DNA from: a virus
Reading direction: 5' to 3' (one strand)
DNA length: 64,000 bases
IMG/VR virus record: IMGVR_UViG_3300028827_000091
Coordinates: 4,106-68,105 of that record
Below are positions 1 to 9,426 of this stretch, piece after piece. The notes beneath the pieces were generated by a model. That model was not told the DNA's origin. It ran no database searches and worked only from the letters and a program-made list of their open reading frames with translations. Both the position numbers and the translations under genes were made by a program. Position 1 is the stretch's first letter. Each line of letters begins with the position of its first letter.

Positions 1-1
1 C

Positions 2-9
2 TATAAATA
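2..9 (+). promoter_or_regulatory. T4-type late promoter TATAAATA upstream of major capsid gene
   Basis: Exact TATAAATA, followed by SD AAGGAG and ATG at 57. Confidence 0.85.
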
Positions 10-56
10 ATAACAATACACTTGATTAACACAAATTACTAAGGAGAATAAAAGGT

Positions 57-1304
57 ATGTCTAATCAGCCACTATTGTCTGAAGAAGTAAAGCAGAAGTG
101 GGAACCTGTAATCAATGCTGAAGGTGTTGAACCTATCAAGAACAACACCATCAAGAATGCAACAATCCGTCTGCTTGAAAATACAGAAAAAGCTGCTCTC
201 GAAGAGAGCACAAACACTGGCAATATGCTTGCTGGTGGCGGTCAGGGCTTTGACCCAATCTTGATTTCAATGGTTCGTCGCACAATGCCATCTCTCATTG
301 CTCACGATATCATCGGCGTTCAGCCAATGAGCGGACCTACAGGTCTTATCTTTGCAATGAAGGCACACTACACCGGCGACCCACAAACAGGCGCAGAAGC
401 ATTTGGTACATCTGCACCTGACGAAACCTTCACTGGTGATGGCGCAGGTAACGCTGCACTGACAACAGACGGTGAACAACTCGGCGTGGATTCAGCGGTT
501 AACACTGCTGATGCTGGCGTTGCTCAGGACCCAGTGTTCCAGACCAACCCTTGGCCAGAAATGTCATTCAGCATCGAGAAGCAGTCTGTGACAGCAGGAA
601 CTCGTGCGCTGAAAGCAAAATACACAATCGAACTTGCTCAGGACCTCAAAGCAATCCACGGTATGGATGCAGAGGCAGAGCTTGCTAACATTCTTTCAAC
701 AGAAGTCGTTGGCGAAATCAACCGCGAAATCATTTCTAAGCTGCGTTCTCAGGCACGCACCGGTGCACAGAACACAAATGTTCCTGGCACATTCGATATG
801 ACTGGCGGCGCAAACGACGACACAGATGGTCGTTGGGAAATTGAAAAATATAAGAATCTGTATATGCAGATTGTTCGTGAAGCATCTACTATTGCTACAC
901 AGACACGTCGTGGTGTAGGTAACTTCATCATTTGTTCACCAATCGTAATGGCAGCTCTTGAGCAGGCAACCAAGCTCGACACTGCTGCAATCACAGGCAC
1001 TCTGCAAGGAGACTTTGTTGGTGCTACATTTGCTGGTGTTCTTGGTGGTCGCTTCAAAGTGTATGTTGACCCATATGCTGCATCAGACTTTGTGACTGTA
1101 GGCTACAAAGGCGCGAACGTTTATGATGCTGGTATGTTTTATTGCCCATATGTGCCATTGCAGATGATGAAAGCTGTCGGTGAAGAAGACTTCCAGCCTC
1201 GTTTGGGAATGAAGACTCGTTATGGAATCGCTTACAACCCATTTGTTAGCGGTACAGCAGGTCAGAATGATTATTACCGTGATTTTGCAGTTGTAGGAAT
1301 CTAA
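57..1304 (+). CDS. 23: T4-like major capsid protein gp23
   Basis: Motifs DPILISMVRR, GVQPMSGPTGLIFAM, RALKAKYTIELAQDLKAIHG, FYCPYVPL, FQPRLGMKTRYG. Confidence 0.97.
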   Translation: MSNQPLLSEEVKQKWEPVINAEGVEPIKNNTIKNATIRLLENTEKAALEESTNTGNMLAGGGQGFDPILISMVRRTMPSLIAHDIIGVQPMSGPTGLIFAMKAHYTGDPQTGAEAFGTSAPDETFTGDGAGNAALTTDGEQLGVDSAVNTADAGVAQDPVFQTNPWPEMSFSIEKQSVTAGTRALKAKYTIELAQDLKAIHGMDAEAELANILSTEVVGEINREIISKLRSQARTGAQNTNVPGTFDMTGGANDDTDGRWEIEKYKNLYMQIVREASTIATQTRRGVGNFIICSPIVMAALEQATKLDTAAITGTLQGDFVGATFAGVLGGRFKVYVDPYAASDFVTVGYKGANVYDAGMFYCPYVPLQMMKAVGEEDFQPRLGMKTRYGIAYNPFVSGTAGQNDYYRDFAVVGI

Positions 1305-1324
1305 GTTAATTCCTAAATATTGAT

Positions 1325-1355
1325 GAAAGGCGCTCGAAAGGGCGCCTTTCTTTTT
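1325..1355 (+). terminator. Rho-independent terminator after gp23
   Basis: GAAAGGCGCTC-GAAA-GGGCGCCTTTC followed by a T tract. Confidence 0.9.
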
Positions 1356-1369
1356 GCTCTCAAAGGATT

Positions 1370-2797
1370 ATGATGCTGGTATGTATATATACTATTATGG
1401 TAAACAAGGCAAAAGAATTATTGATAAGGAAAGACGGTAGAATCAACACAAGAAAAGTGATGAATGATTTTGCTTGGCTACGAAAGAACCACAAATCAGT
1501 ATATGATGACATTTTCGCCAAGACAGATTTTCTCGACAACAGCACAGACCAAAAAACACGGCTCTATGCGTACTTCAATAATTACACCGAGCCACAAGAA
1601 TGTGTTGTTTGTGGTCAAAAACATTTTCGATATATCAGAGAAACAAATACAATTTCAGATTGCTGTTCGATTCAGTGTAGTCTGAAAAACCCTCATCGAG
1701 CAGAAAAAATAAGTAGAACAAAAATAGAAAAGTTTCATCGAGGACACTGGCGAGATGAAATATTGGCAGATGCAGAAAAACTAGAAAAATATATCATCGA
1801 ACAGGCAGAGAAAAATCCGCATAAAGCTGCAAGACAAATGGGAGTGACGCCAAGAATCATATTGAATAGAGTACATTTATATAATTTGCAACACCTTCTT
1901 CACAATTCATATTTTATACCCGATTCTTCTAGTAGAGGAGAAAACGAAATTGTCGATTTTCTCAAGAGTGAACTCGGATTGAATGATATTGAAACCAGAA
2001 ATCGAACAATTTTATCTGATAATAAAGAATTAGACATATACATTCCATCATTGAATGTGGCTATAGAATTTGATGGTGTGTTCTGGCATTGTGAAGAAAA
2101 CGGCAAAGACAGGTATTATCACTTATCGAAAACAAATGAATGTGAAATGAAAGGAATTCAACTGTTTCACATTTTCGACAACGAATGGAATAATCCAACA
2201 AAGAAAGAAATATGGAAATCTCTCTTGCAACACAAAGCAAACAAATCTCAAACAAAGATTTATGCACGCAACTGTTCGATTATCAAAAATATCAACAATA
2301 CTTTCAAGAACGAATTTTTACTGAATAATCATTTGCAAGGGAAAGATAATTCAAATATCATCTATGGATTATGTGACGGGAAGGAAATCGTTGCAATGAT
2401 GTCCTTTGTCAAGTCTCGATTTACGCAAAAATATGATTGGGAATTGAGTAGGTTTTGCAGCAAGAACAACTATTCTATTGTCGGTGCAGCAAGCCGACTA
2501 TTGGAATCGTTCAAGAAAGACTACGGTGGCACAATCGTCTCTTATGCAAATCGTAGATGGAGTCAAGGAAACCTATATAGAAAACTTGGTTTTTCATATT
2601 CACACACCTCAAAGCCAAATTATTTCTACACAAAAGATTTTATCTGTCTAGAATCACGCCACAAATACCAAAAACACAAACTGAAAGAACTTCTTTCGTC
2701 ATATGATGAATCATTGACAGAAAATGAAAATATGAAGAAGAATGGCTTCTATAGAATATGGGATTGTGGAAATCTTGTTTTTGCTCTTTTTAATTGA
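1370..2797 (+). CDS. Hef-like free-standing homing endonuclease (Zn finger, Vsr/DUF559-like nuclease, GNAT-like C-terminus); likely start ATG 1397
   Basis: CxxC/CSxxC motifs; ELDIYIP..AIEFDGVFWH; KIYARNC; NHLQG; ELSRFC; RIWDCG. Confidence 0.75.
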   Translation: MMLVCIYTIMVNKAKELLIRKDGRINTRKVMNDFAWLRKNHKSVYDDIFAKTDFLDNSTDQKTRLYAYFNNYTEPQECVVCGQKHFRYIRETNTISDCCSIQCSLKNPHRAEKISRTKIEKFHRGHWRDEILADAEKLEKYIIEQAEKNPHKAARQMGVTPRIILNRVHLYNLQHLLHNSYFIPDSSSRGENEIVDFLKSELGLNDIETRNRTILSDNKELDIYIPSLNVAIEFDGVFWHCEENGKDRYYHLSKTNECEMKGIQLFHIFDNEWNNPTKKEIWKSLLQHKANKSQTKIYARNCSIIKNINNTFKNEFLLNNHLQGKDNSNIIYGLCDGKEIVAMMSFVKSRFTQKYDWELSRFCSKNNYSIVGAASRLLESFKKDYGGTIVSYANRRWSQGNLYRKLGFSYSHTSKPNYFYTKDFICLESRHKYQKHKLKELLSSYDESLTENENMKKNGFYRIWDCGNLVFALFN

Positions 2798-2828
2798 TTT
2801 TCAGCCTAACTTCTGACTATATACTATT

Positions 2829-4334
2829 ATGTATTCTAAATCTGTTCGCCAATTCGCAAAAAAATATCAATCAAAATCAGCAAACGCTTTCATACGATTA
2901 ACTGAAAGTGTATCGTTACTTAAAAAAGAAACAAAATGGTTAGATGAATTAAATCCATCATTAAAATTTCGAATTCTTTGTGTCGTAAATAATTTAGAAG
3001 AAATTCCTAAATGCAAACATTGCAATAATAATACGTCAATTGAGAAAAGCTATAAATTATCTTTCAATAAATTTTGTTCTGAAGCCTGCAGAAAAAATTA
3101 TCGTAAAAAAGAAACTATTTCAAACAGAAAAAATAATAAAAAATTGAACGATAGTGATTGGTTATATTCTGCTCGTATTGAAAAGCGAATGTCATTAGAA
3201 AATATAGCCGATATCTTAAATGTTCCAGTATATGCAGTAAAAGAGCACATCAAAAAATATAATATACCTGAGGTTAAATATAATGAAAGCGACTCTTTAA
3301 CTAGAACAATTCTATCTTCGAAAGAAAAAATGAAAGAACTCTATGAAAGCAAGGACATCCGCACAATAGCTGATGAATTCGGAGTGTCAAATTATTGCAT
3401 CTGGTACTGGTTGAGGAAACATAATATAGAGCCAAAAGCCTCTAATGGGTATCCACGAAAAGTAAAGAAAATAAGCAACGAAGAAGAAGAGCTTGTTAAT
3501 TTTCTTCGAGAGATTTACAATGGCGAAATCATAACATCTGATAGGTCATTGCTAAAAGGTTCAGAGATTGATATTGTCATACCTGATTTGAAAATGTGCT
3601 TTGAATACAACGGATTATATTGGCACAGTGAGAAATACAAAGATAAGAATTATCATTCAAACAAAACAAAAGAAGCAAAGAAGCAAGGATATACACTATA
3701 TCATATTTTTTCTGATGATTGGAATTTGAAGAATAAAATATGGAAAAGCAGAATAAAGCATCTACTTGGTGTGACCGAACACAAAATTTATGCGAGAAAA
3801 TGCGTAGTCAAAGAGATTAGTTCTCAAATCAAAAATAAATTCTTAGAAGAAAACCATTTGCAAGGGAAAGATAAATCATCTTTCCGATTTGGATTATTCT
3901 TCAACAATGAACTTGTTGCTGTTATGACTTTTGGCAAATCACGATTCAATAGAAATATCGATTGGGAACTTGTACGATATGCGTGCCTAAATAATCATTC
4001 AATTGTAGGAGGATTCTCAAAACTTCTGACGGCAGCACGAAAAAAACTAAAGAATGGAACAATTGTCACATATGCAGATAATTCGTATTCTGATGGTAAT
4101 GTGTATCTTACTAATGGTTTCGTTGCTATTGCATCTTATCCAGCAGGATACAAATATACGAAAGATATGATGAAACGTGAAAACAGATTAAATTTCACAA
4201 AGCAACGCCTCAAAGCCAAATATAAAGATAAGAATTTTGCAGGAATGACTGAAAAGGATATATGTGAATCTCTAGGATACACACGAATTTGGGATTGTGG
4301 CACAACAACCTATGTCTTGGACAATTCTATATAG
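2829..4334 (+). CDS. Second Hef-like homing endonuclease (paralogue of 1370..2797, with HTH repeats)
   Basis: EIDIVIP..FEYNGLYWH; KIYARKC; NHLQG; RIWDCG. Confidence 0.75.
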   Translation: MYSKSVRQFAKKYQSKSANAFIRLTESVSLLKKETKWLDELNPSLKFRILCVVNNLEEIPKCKHCNNNTSIEKSYKLSFNKFCSEACRKNYRKKETISNRKNNKKLNDSDWLYSARIEKRMSLENIADILNVPVYAVKEHIKKYNIPEVKYNESDSLTRTILSSKEKMKELYESKDIRTIADEFGVSNYCIWYWLRKHNIEPKASNGYPRKVKKISNEEEELVNFLREIYNGEIITSDRSLLKGSEIDIVIPDLKMCFEYNGLYWHSEKYKDKNYHSNKTKEAKKQGYTLYHIFSDDWNLKNKIWKSRIKHLLGVTEHKIYARKCVVKEISSQIKNKFLEENHLQGKDKSSFRFGLFFNNELVAVMTFGKSRFNRNIDWELVRYACLNNHSIVGGFSKLLTAARKKLKNGTIVTYADNSYSDGNVYLTNGFVAIASYPAGYKYTKDMMKRENRLNFTKQRLKAKYKDKNFAGMTEKDICESLGYTRIWDCGTTTYVLDNSI

Positions 4335-4337
4335 AGG

Positions 4338-4345
4338 CATAAATA
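4338..4345 (+). promoter_or_regulatory. Late promoter variant CATAAATA
   Basis: Same octamer recurs before other late genes (49025, 52630, 55867, and 61483 on the minus strand). Confidence 0.6.
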
Positions 4346-4349
4346 AAAT

Positions 4350-4805
4350 ATGTCCGCAATAAATTATTCTCTAAGAAATAATTTTCAGTTTGTTCTAAGC
4401 AATGCTCCGATTACATCTTTCACAGCAACAGGAGTATCGCTGCCAACAATTTCTATAAATCCTACACTTTATCCTACAAGAACACACGACATTAAAACTC
4501 CAGGTGAAAAAATCGAATTTGACCCAATAAATGTAGAGTTTATTGTTGAAGAAAATTTGAGCAACTATAAAGAAATGTATGACTGGATTCTTAAATGCAC
4601 ATCATACAATGGCAATAAAATGAATGATATTTTTGCTGATGCTTCTTTAATAATACTCTCAAATAACAAACAGCCTTTAAGAACAATCAGATTTGAAGGC
4701 ATCTTTCCTGGAATTCTTTCAGAAATTCAGTTTTCTACTCAAGATAGTGAACAGAACATTTCTAACGTAACATTCTACTACACGCGCTTCTTATTCGTCA
4801 ACTAA
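4350..4805 (+). CDS. 3: Tail completion / tube terminator gp3-like
   Basis: PGEKIEFDPINVEFIVEENLSNYKEMYDW; DASLIILSN; synteny gp23-gp3-uvsY-uvsW. Confidence 0.8.
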   Translation: MSAINYSLRNNFQFVLSNAPITSFTATGVSLPTISINPTLYPTRTHDIKTPGEKIEFDPINVEFIVEENLSNYKEMYDWILKCTSYNGNKMNDIFADASLIILSNNKQPLRTIRFEGIFPGILSEIQFSTQDSEQNISNVTFYYTRFLFVN

Positions 4806-4808
4806 TTC

Positions 4809-4837
4809 TTGACAGACCAACGAAGAAGTGGTAGAAT
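4809..4837 (+). promoter_or_regulatory. Sigma70-type promoter of uvsY (leaderless)
   Basis: TTGACA-N17-TAGAAT with ATG 7 nt after the -10 box. Confidence 0.75.
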
Positions 4838-4844
4838 TTTTCCT

Positions 4845-5243
4845 ATGAATCTCAAAGAACTGCAACGAATGGTCAAGAAGGAAATTCGAATAGACGAAAA
4901 CAATCTCGACAAATCAGCAATCAGCATTCCTATTCTACACAGCAAATATCTCCAACTTCTTCACGAATCACAAATGAAATGCGTCAAACTGAAAGCTGAA
5001 TATGACCAGATATATCGAACAAAATACATTTATTATAGAAACGACCACAATATCATTTTCAAATCGAAATCTGAAATAGAAGTGATGGTAGATGGCGATG
5101 GTGAAGTTCAAGAAAAAAGAATGAAACTCGAATATGAAAAAAGCAAAGCAGAATATCTTGAAAGTGTCATTAAAATGATAGGCGGTCTTTCGTTTCTGAT
5201 TCGCGATGCAATCGAATGGAAAAAATTCCAAGCAGGTATGTAG
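4845..5243 (+). CDS. uvsY: Recombination mediator UvsY
   Basis: IPILHSKYL, IRDAIEWKKFQAG; synteny. Confidence 0.88.
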   Translation: MNLKELQRMVKKEIRIDENNLDKSAISIPILHSKYLQLLHESQMKCVKLKAEYDQIYRTKYIYYRNDHNIIFKSKSEIEVMVDGDGEVQEKRMKLEYEKSKAEYLESVIKMIGGLSFLIRDAIEWKKFQAGM

Positions 5244-5310
5244 AAATTTCAGAAAAAGTGGTATGTTTTTCTGAAATTCTAACCTACAAATTTACATAGA
5301 ATATTGTTGT

Positions 5311-6810
5311 ATGACTGAGAAAAAAGCTGATATAATTATTCATAAGGTTAACGATGTCTATGTATGGGTAGAGTGTGAGAATTCTATCGCATTTGAGCTA
5401 GATGAATATTTTACTTTCTTTGCTCCAAATTATAGATTTATGCCCAAATACAAGAACAAAGTCTGGGACGGGAAGATTCATCTTTTCTCTGTGCGAACAA
5501 GACAAATCTTCTTGGGGCTCGTTCCATACATTCAAAAGTTTTCTCAAAGGTTCGGATATTCTTGTTCTATAGACAAAGATGTTCTGAACAAAAAGAAAAT
5601 CGAACCCAGAATAGTAAAGCAATTCCTTAAAGAACTTCACATTCATTCATCTGGAAAAAAACTTCCACCATACGACTTCCAAATGTTTGCCCTTTGGTGT
5701 GCAATGACACACAAAAGAACAATAATTCTATCTCCAACTTCTTCTGGAAAATCACTAATAATCTATGCGCTTTGTCGCTGGTTTCAAATCATACTCCCAA
5801 AAAACAAAAAAATTCTCATTCTTGCGCCTAGAACCGGGCTTGTCAAACAAATGGAATCTGATATGAAAGACTATTCATCAGAAGTTTCTTGGAACACAAA
5901 GAATGAAGTTCATACGATTATGGGAGGAAGAAAAAAGACATCTGATGCGCAAATCTATATCAGCACCTGGCAAAGCATCTATAGAATGAAGGAATCTTAT
6001 TTCGAACAATTTGGTGCAATCATTGTCGATGAAGTTCACGAAGCAGAGGCTTCATCTATCTGCAAGATAATGGAAAATCTTGTTGATTGTCCTAATAGAA
6101 TTGGTCTGACTGGCACACTACGAGATTCGAGAACATCGAAACTCACACTCGAAGGATTGTTCGGCCCAGCAAAAAGAATGACAACAACAAATGAACTGAT
6201 GGAAAGAAAAATTGTTGCAAAACTTAAAATTCAAGGTCTTTGTCTTGTCTACACCGATGAAGAAAAGAAAGCACTGAGAAAGGCAAAATACAAGCAAGAA
6301 ATTGATTGGCTCGTTGACAACACAAGAAGAACAGATTTCATTGCGAAACTTGCTGTCGTGCAGAAAAAGAACGGACTTATCCTTTTCAATTTTATCAAGC
6401 ACGGAAAATCTATATGCAATAGAATAAAACAACTCGACCCTTCAAGAAAAGTCTATTTTGTTGACGGCTCGGTATCTGCAGACAAAAGAGAAGAAATACG
6501 TCACCTGGTAGAAAGAGGCAAGAATGTCATTGTGGTTGCTTCTTATGGAACATTTTCTACAGGAATTTCAATCAAGAACATTCATTGGATTCAGTTCGCA
6601 TCACCTACAAAATCAAAAATACGAACATTGCAGTCAATAGGCAGAGGACTTAGAATCAACAAAGAAAAAAACTCTGTTATCTTATACGACATCGCTGATG
6701 ATTTATCTTGGAAAAGACACGAAAACTATTCTCTGAAACATTTTTCTTCACGCATTGACTTCTACAATCGTGAGAAGTTCGAATTCAAAATGAAACGAAT
6801 TCGAATCTGA
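5311..6810 (+). CDS. uvsW: SF2 DNA helicase UvsW
   Basis: WDGKIHLF, SPTSSGKS, DEVH, LQSIGRGLR. Confidence 0.95.
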   Translation: MTEKKADIIIHKVNDVYVWVECENSIAFELDEYFTFFAPNYRFMPKYKNKVWDGKIHLFSVRTRQIFLGLVPYIQKFSQRFGYSCSIDKDVLNKKKIEPRIVKQFLKELHIHSSGKKLPPYDFQMFALWCAMTHKRTIILSPTSSGKSLIIYALCRWFQIILPKNKKILILAPRTGLVKQMESDMKDYSSEVSWNTKNEVHTIMGGRKKTSDAQIYISTWQSIYRMKESYFEQFGAIIVDEVHEAEASSICKIMENLVDCPNRIGLTGTLRDSRTSKLTLEGLFGPAKRMTTTNELMERKIVAKLKIQGLCLVYTDEEKKALRKAKYKQEIDWLVDNTRRTDFIAKLAVVQKKNGLILFNFIKHGKSICNRIKQLDPSRKVYFVDGSVSADKREEIRHLVERGKNVIVVASYGTFSTGISIKNIHWIQFASPTKSKIRTLQSIGRGLRINKEKNSVILYDIADDLSWKRHENYSLKHFSSRIDFYNREKFEFKMKRIRI

Positions 6811-6922
6811 GGAGGCCAGCGGCGCGGAGGGTGCTGATTCCGAAAAGGGGACAACACCGAAACATCAAGGAAAGGTCAAGGCCATCTTTCTTTTTCTTTT
6901 TTTCTAGCTCAATTTTTCAACA

Positions 6923-7136
6923 AATGTAGAAGACCGAATCAATTCGTCTAATGTAGAAGACCGACATCTGCTAATGTAGAAGGCGAAGCCGAAGGCGTAG
7001 CCGCACGGACTGTCAAGGCGGAGAAGTTCTGAGTGAGGACGAAGTCCGAGCGAAGGCATCGAAGGACGAAGTCCGAGATGCAAAATAGTTACCAAGATGG
7101 TTTTTCTTTTTTTTGGTCGTTCGCATCGGCTTCGCC
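6923..7136. repeat. Three AATGTAGAAG direct repeats plus an array of GNA-triloop mini-hairpins; candidate replication origin
   Basis: Repeats at 6923, 6950, 6973; GGC-GAA-GCC 6982, GGC-GTA-GCC 6994, GGAC-GAA-GTCC 7037 and 7064, inverted copy 7128. Confidence 0.55.
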
Positions 7137-7205
7137 TCTGCTCACTATAAGCAACCAAGATGGTATAGATGAAGGGATTAGCAATAAAGGATTGTTAATA
7201 ACGAA

Positions 7206-7604
7206 TGGTGGGGAGGACTTTAACCTCCAGCTCCCACTACCCCGGACTCGCGTTTCCACTTGTCCCTCGCTGTTCGCCACTATAGCTCTAAGGCAACCAT
7301 ATCTGATTTCGGAATCTCCGTTTTCGTAGATTCCGCCGATAACAGATTTAGGTTATGGCTCCGGTGCCCTATTTGATTATGCACGATTAAGTTAACACAA
7401 TCAAGGGTTATTCTTGAAGAAAAAACAATGTTACAAGAACACTGCTTGCCCAAATCTATCATTGGTAAGTGACGACAAATTTGAGCGCGATTCTCCTACC
7501 CCGGTAAAGTAGTTTATCGCCGACACCTTTTGACGGGTGACGTATTCCGAACAAACATATCCGATTGCGGAATTCAATCAAAAAGGATATGCCTTACCAA
7601 TTTC
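7206..7604 (-). ncRNA. Putative ~400-nt structured antisense RNA with a tRNA-like 3' end
   Basis: Consensus promoter upstream; pairings ATTGGTAAG/CTTACCAAT, GCATATCC/GGATATGT, CGGAATCT/AGATTCCG; ends GGAGG-TTAAAGT-CCTCC-CCACCA. Confidence 0.55.
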
Positions 7605-7610
7605 TAACAC

Positions 7611-7639
7611 ATTATATACGACTATTTATACAATGTCAA
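7611..7639 (-). promoter_or_regulatory. Divergent consensus sigma70 promoter with an embedded late TATAAATA
   Basis: Minus strand TTGACA-N17-TATAAT; TATAAATA at 7623-7630 inside the spacer. Confidence 0.85.
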
Positions 7640-7726
7640 GTCTCAAGATAGAAAATAAATTTCTACACTGGTAATATATAGTGATTGAAAACTCTATTTT
7701 CAAGTCCTCAGGTAAAAAACTTTATC

Positions 7727-7755
7727 TTGACACTTTCACCGTAAATCTATATAAT
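7727..7755 (+). promoter_or_regulatory. Sigma70 promoter for gp55
   Basis: TTGACA-N17-TATAAT. Confidence 0.85.
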
Positions 7756-7793
7756 TCATATCTATACTGCATCGGTATAGACTTAGGAGAAAT

Positions 7794-8360
7794 ATGAACA
7801 AAACGAAAGATACTTCAACACATTACGTTTCAAACAAAGAGTTTCTACAAGACTTCATTGAATATAAAAAAGCAGTTTCAGACGCCGAACGTGAAGGTAA
7901 GCCCAAACCAAGATTGCCAGATTCAATAGGAATAAAAATAATGGCAATTGCGGAAAGGTTGTCGTTCAAGCCGAATTTCATCAATTATTTTTTCCGAGAA
8001 GAGATGGTTGAAGATGCAATAGAAAATTGTATAATGTATGCCGATAACTTCGACCCCGAAAAGAGTAAAAATCCTTTTTCGTACTTTACTCAAATATGTT
8101 ATTTTGCCTTCATTCGGCGCATCCAAAAAGAGAAGAAACATTTTCAGACCAAAGTCAAATATGTTCAGCGTGCATCAACACTTCTTCAAGAATCATCTAT
8201 TCAAGACCACGACACAGACGAAGACTATAAGAATTCATATCTTGAATTTTTGAGAGGATTCTATGATGTGGAGCTTGATGAAGAAGATGAGAAAAAAGAA
8301 AGAAAGAAAAGAGAAACAAAAACAACAACGGTTGACCTGACAGAGGTATGTGATGGCTAA
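7794..8360 (+). CDS. 55: Late transcription sigma factor gp55
   Basis: HYVSNKEF, KPNFINY, NFDPEKSKNPFSYFTQICYFAFIRRIQKEKK. Confidence 0.95.
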   Translation: MNKTKDTSTHYVSNKEFLQDFIEYKKAVSDAEREGKPKPRLPDSIGIKIMAIAERLSFKPNFINYFFREEMVEDAIENCIMYADNFDPEKSKNPFSYFTQICYFAFIRRIQKEKKHFQTKVKYVQRASTLLQESSIQDHDTDEDYKNSYLEFLRGFYDVELDEEDEKKERKKRETKTTTVDLTEVCDG

Positions 8361-9426
8361 AATCGCTATTCTTGGAGATACACATTTTGGTGCAAGGAAT
8401 GATTCAGAAGTGTTCAATGAATATTTCTTCAAGTTCTACGAAAATGTGTTTTTTCCGTATTGTGTAGAAAATGGCATTTCTAGAATCATTCAGACGGGCG
8501 ATTTTATGGATAGAAGAAAAAGCGTCAATTTCAAAATTCTTCACGAAACAAACAGAAGGTTTATGGATAAGCTCGCAGAGTTGATTCCTGATATTAAAAT
8601 TGATATGATTCCTGGAAATCACGACATCTACTATAGATACACAAACGAGATAAATTCTTTGAAAGAATTGTTTTCTTGGAGGGATTTTGTCGTTGTTCAC
8701 GACGAACAACCTACGACAATTGAAATTGATGGACTCAAAATTGATATGATTCCTTGGATTAACAAATACAATTTCAAGAATACTTTAGAATTCATTGAAA
8801 ACAGTATGAGCGACGTTTGTGTCGGTCACTTTGAAATTGTAGGTTTTGATATGCAGGCTGGAATCCCAGGACACGGCGGCCTAGATAGAAAGATATTCAG
8901 TCATTATGACTTGGTTCTTTCGGGCCACTATCATACAAAATCTGAAAAAGGAAACATACGGTATGTCGGTACGCCATATGAAATAACTTGGAGTGATTAT
9001 GACGACCCGAAAGGATTTCACGTTCTTGATACAGAATCAAGAGAATTAGAATTTATCAAGAATCCTTATAAAATGTTTCATAAAGCATTCTTTTGTTCAG
9101 ATGTCGATTATGAAGAATTTGATTTCAAAGAGCTAGAGGGCGGCATCGTGAAGGTCATTGTCAAAGATAGAAACGATAGCAAAAAATATGACTGGTTCTT
9201 AGATAAAATTATTGAAGCAATGCCGAATGATTTTTCTGTCGTTGAATCGGATGTTGTTCTAGTTGAAGGCGTTGATGCAGAATCCTTTGAGGCTCTAGAT
9301 ACTTTCACTGTTCTGAGAAATGCAGCAGCATCTGTTGCTGAATCAGAATCTCTCAACAAAAAGAAAATGCAGTCATTCATTCAAGAACTCTACACAGAAG
9401 CAGTGGCCCAAGGAAGAGACCAGTAG
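8350..9426 (+). CDS. 47: Recombination endonuclease gp47 (Mre11/SbcD-like)
   Basis: GDTHFG, GDFMD, GNHD, SGHYH. Confidence 0.93.
   Translation: MMAKIAILGDTHFGARNDSEVFNEYFFKFYENVFFPYCVENGISRIIQTGDFMDRRKSVNFKILHETNRRFMDKLAELIPDIKIDMIPGNHDIYYRYTNEINSLKELFSWRDFVVVHDEQPTTIEIDGLKIDMIPWINKYNFKNTLEFIENSMSDVCVGHFEIVGFDMQAGIPGHGGLDRKIFSHYDLVLSGHYHTKSEKGNIRYVGTPYEITWSDYDDPKGFHVLDTESRELEFIKNPYKMFHKAFFCSDVDYEEFDFKELEGGIVKVIVKDRNDSKKYDWFLDKIIEAMPNDFSVVESDVVLVEGVDAESFEALDTFTVLRNAAASVAESESLNKKKMQSFIQELYTEAVAQGRDQ

Noticed and set aside
6923-6982. AATGTAGAAG repeats as a Cas12a-like mini CRISPR array
   Set aside because: Repeats are 10-15 bp with ~8-12 bp gaps, lack the TCTAC/GTAGA hairpin partner, and no cas genes are present
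7029-7050. CTGAGTGA-GGAC-GAA-GTCC-GA as a hammerhead ribozyme
   Set aside because: The core is not CUGANGA, and there is no GAAA or stems I/III; it fits DNA GNA hairpins better
6904-7462. Short ORFs in the uvsW-gp55 gap
   Set aside because: No SD sequences, atypical composition, and they overlap structured repeats
7206-7604. RNase P RNA
   Set aside because: The GAGG..AAAGTCC resemblance lies at the 3' end, and no matching P4 3' strand (ACAGAA..CGGCTTA) was found
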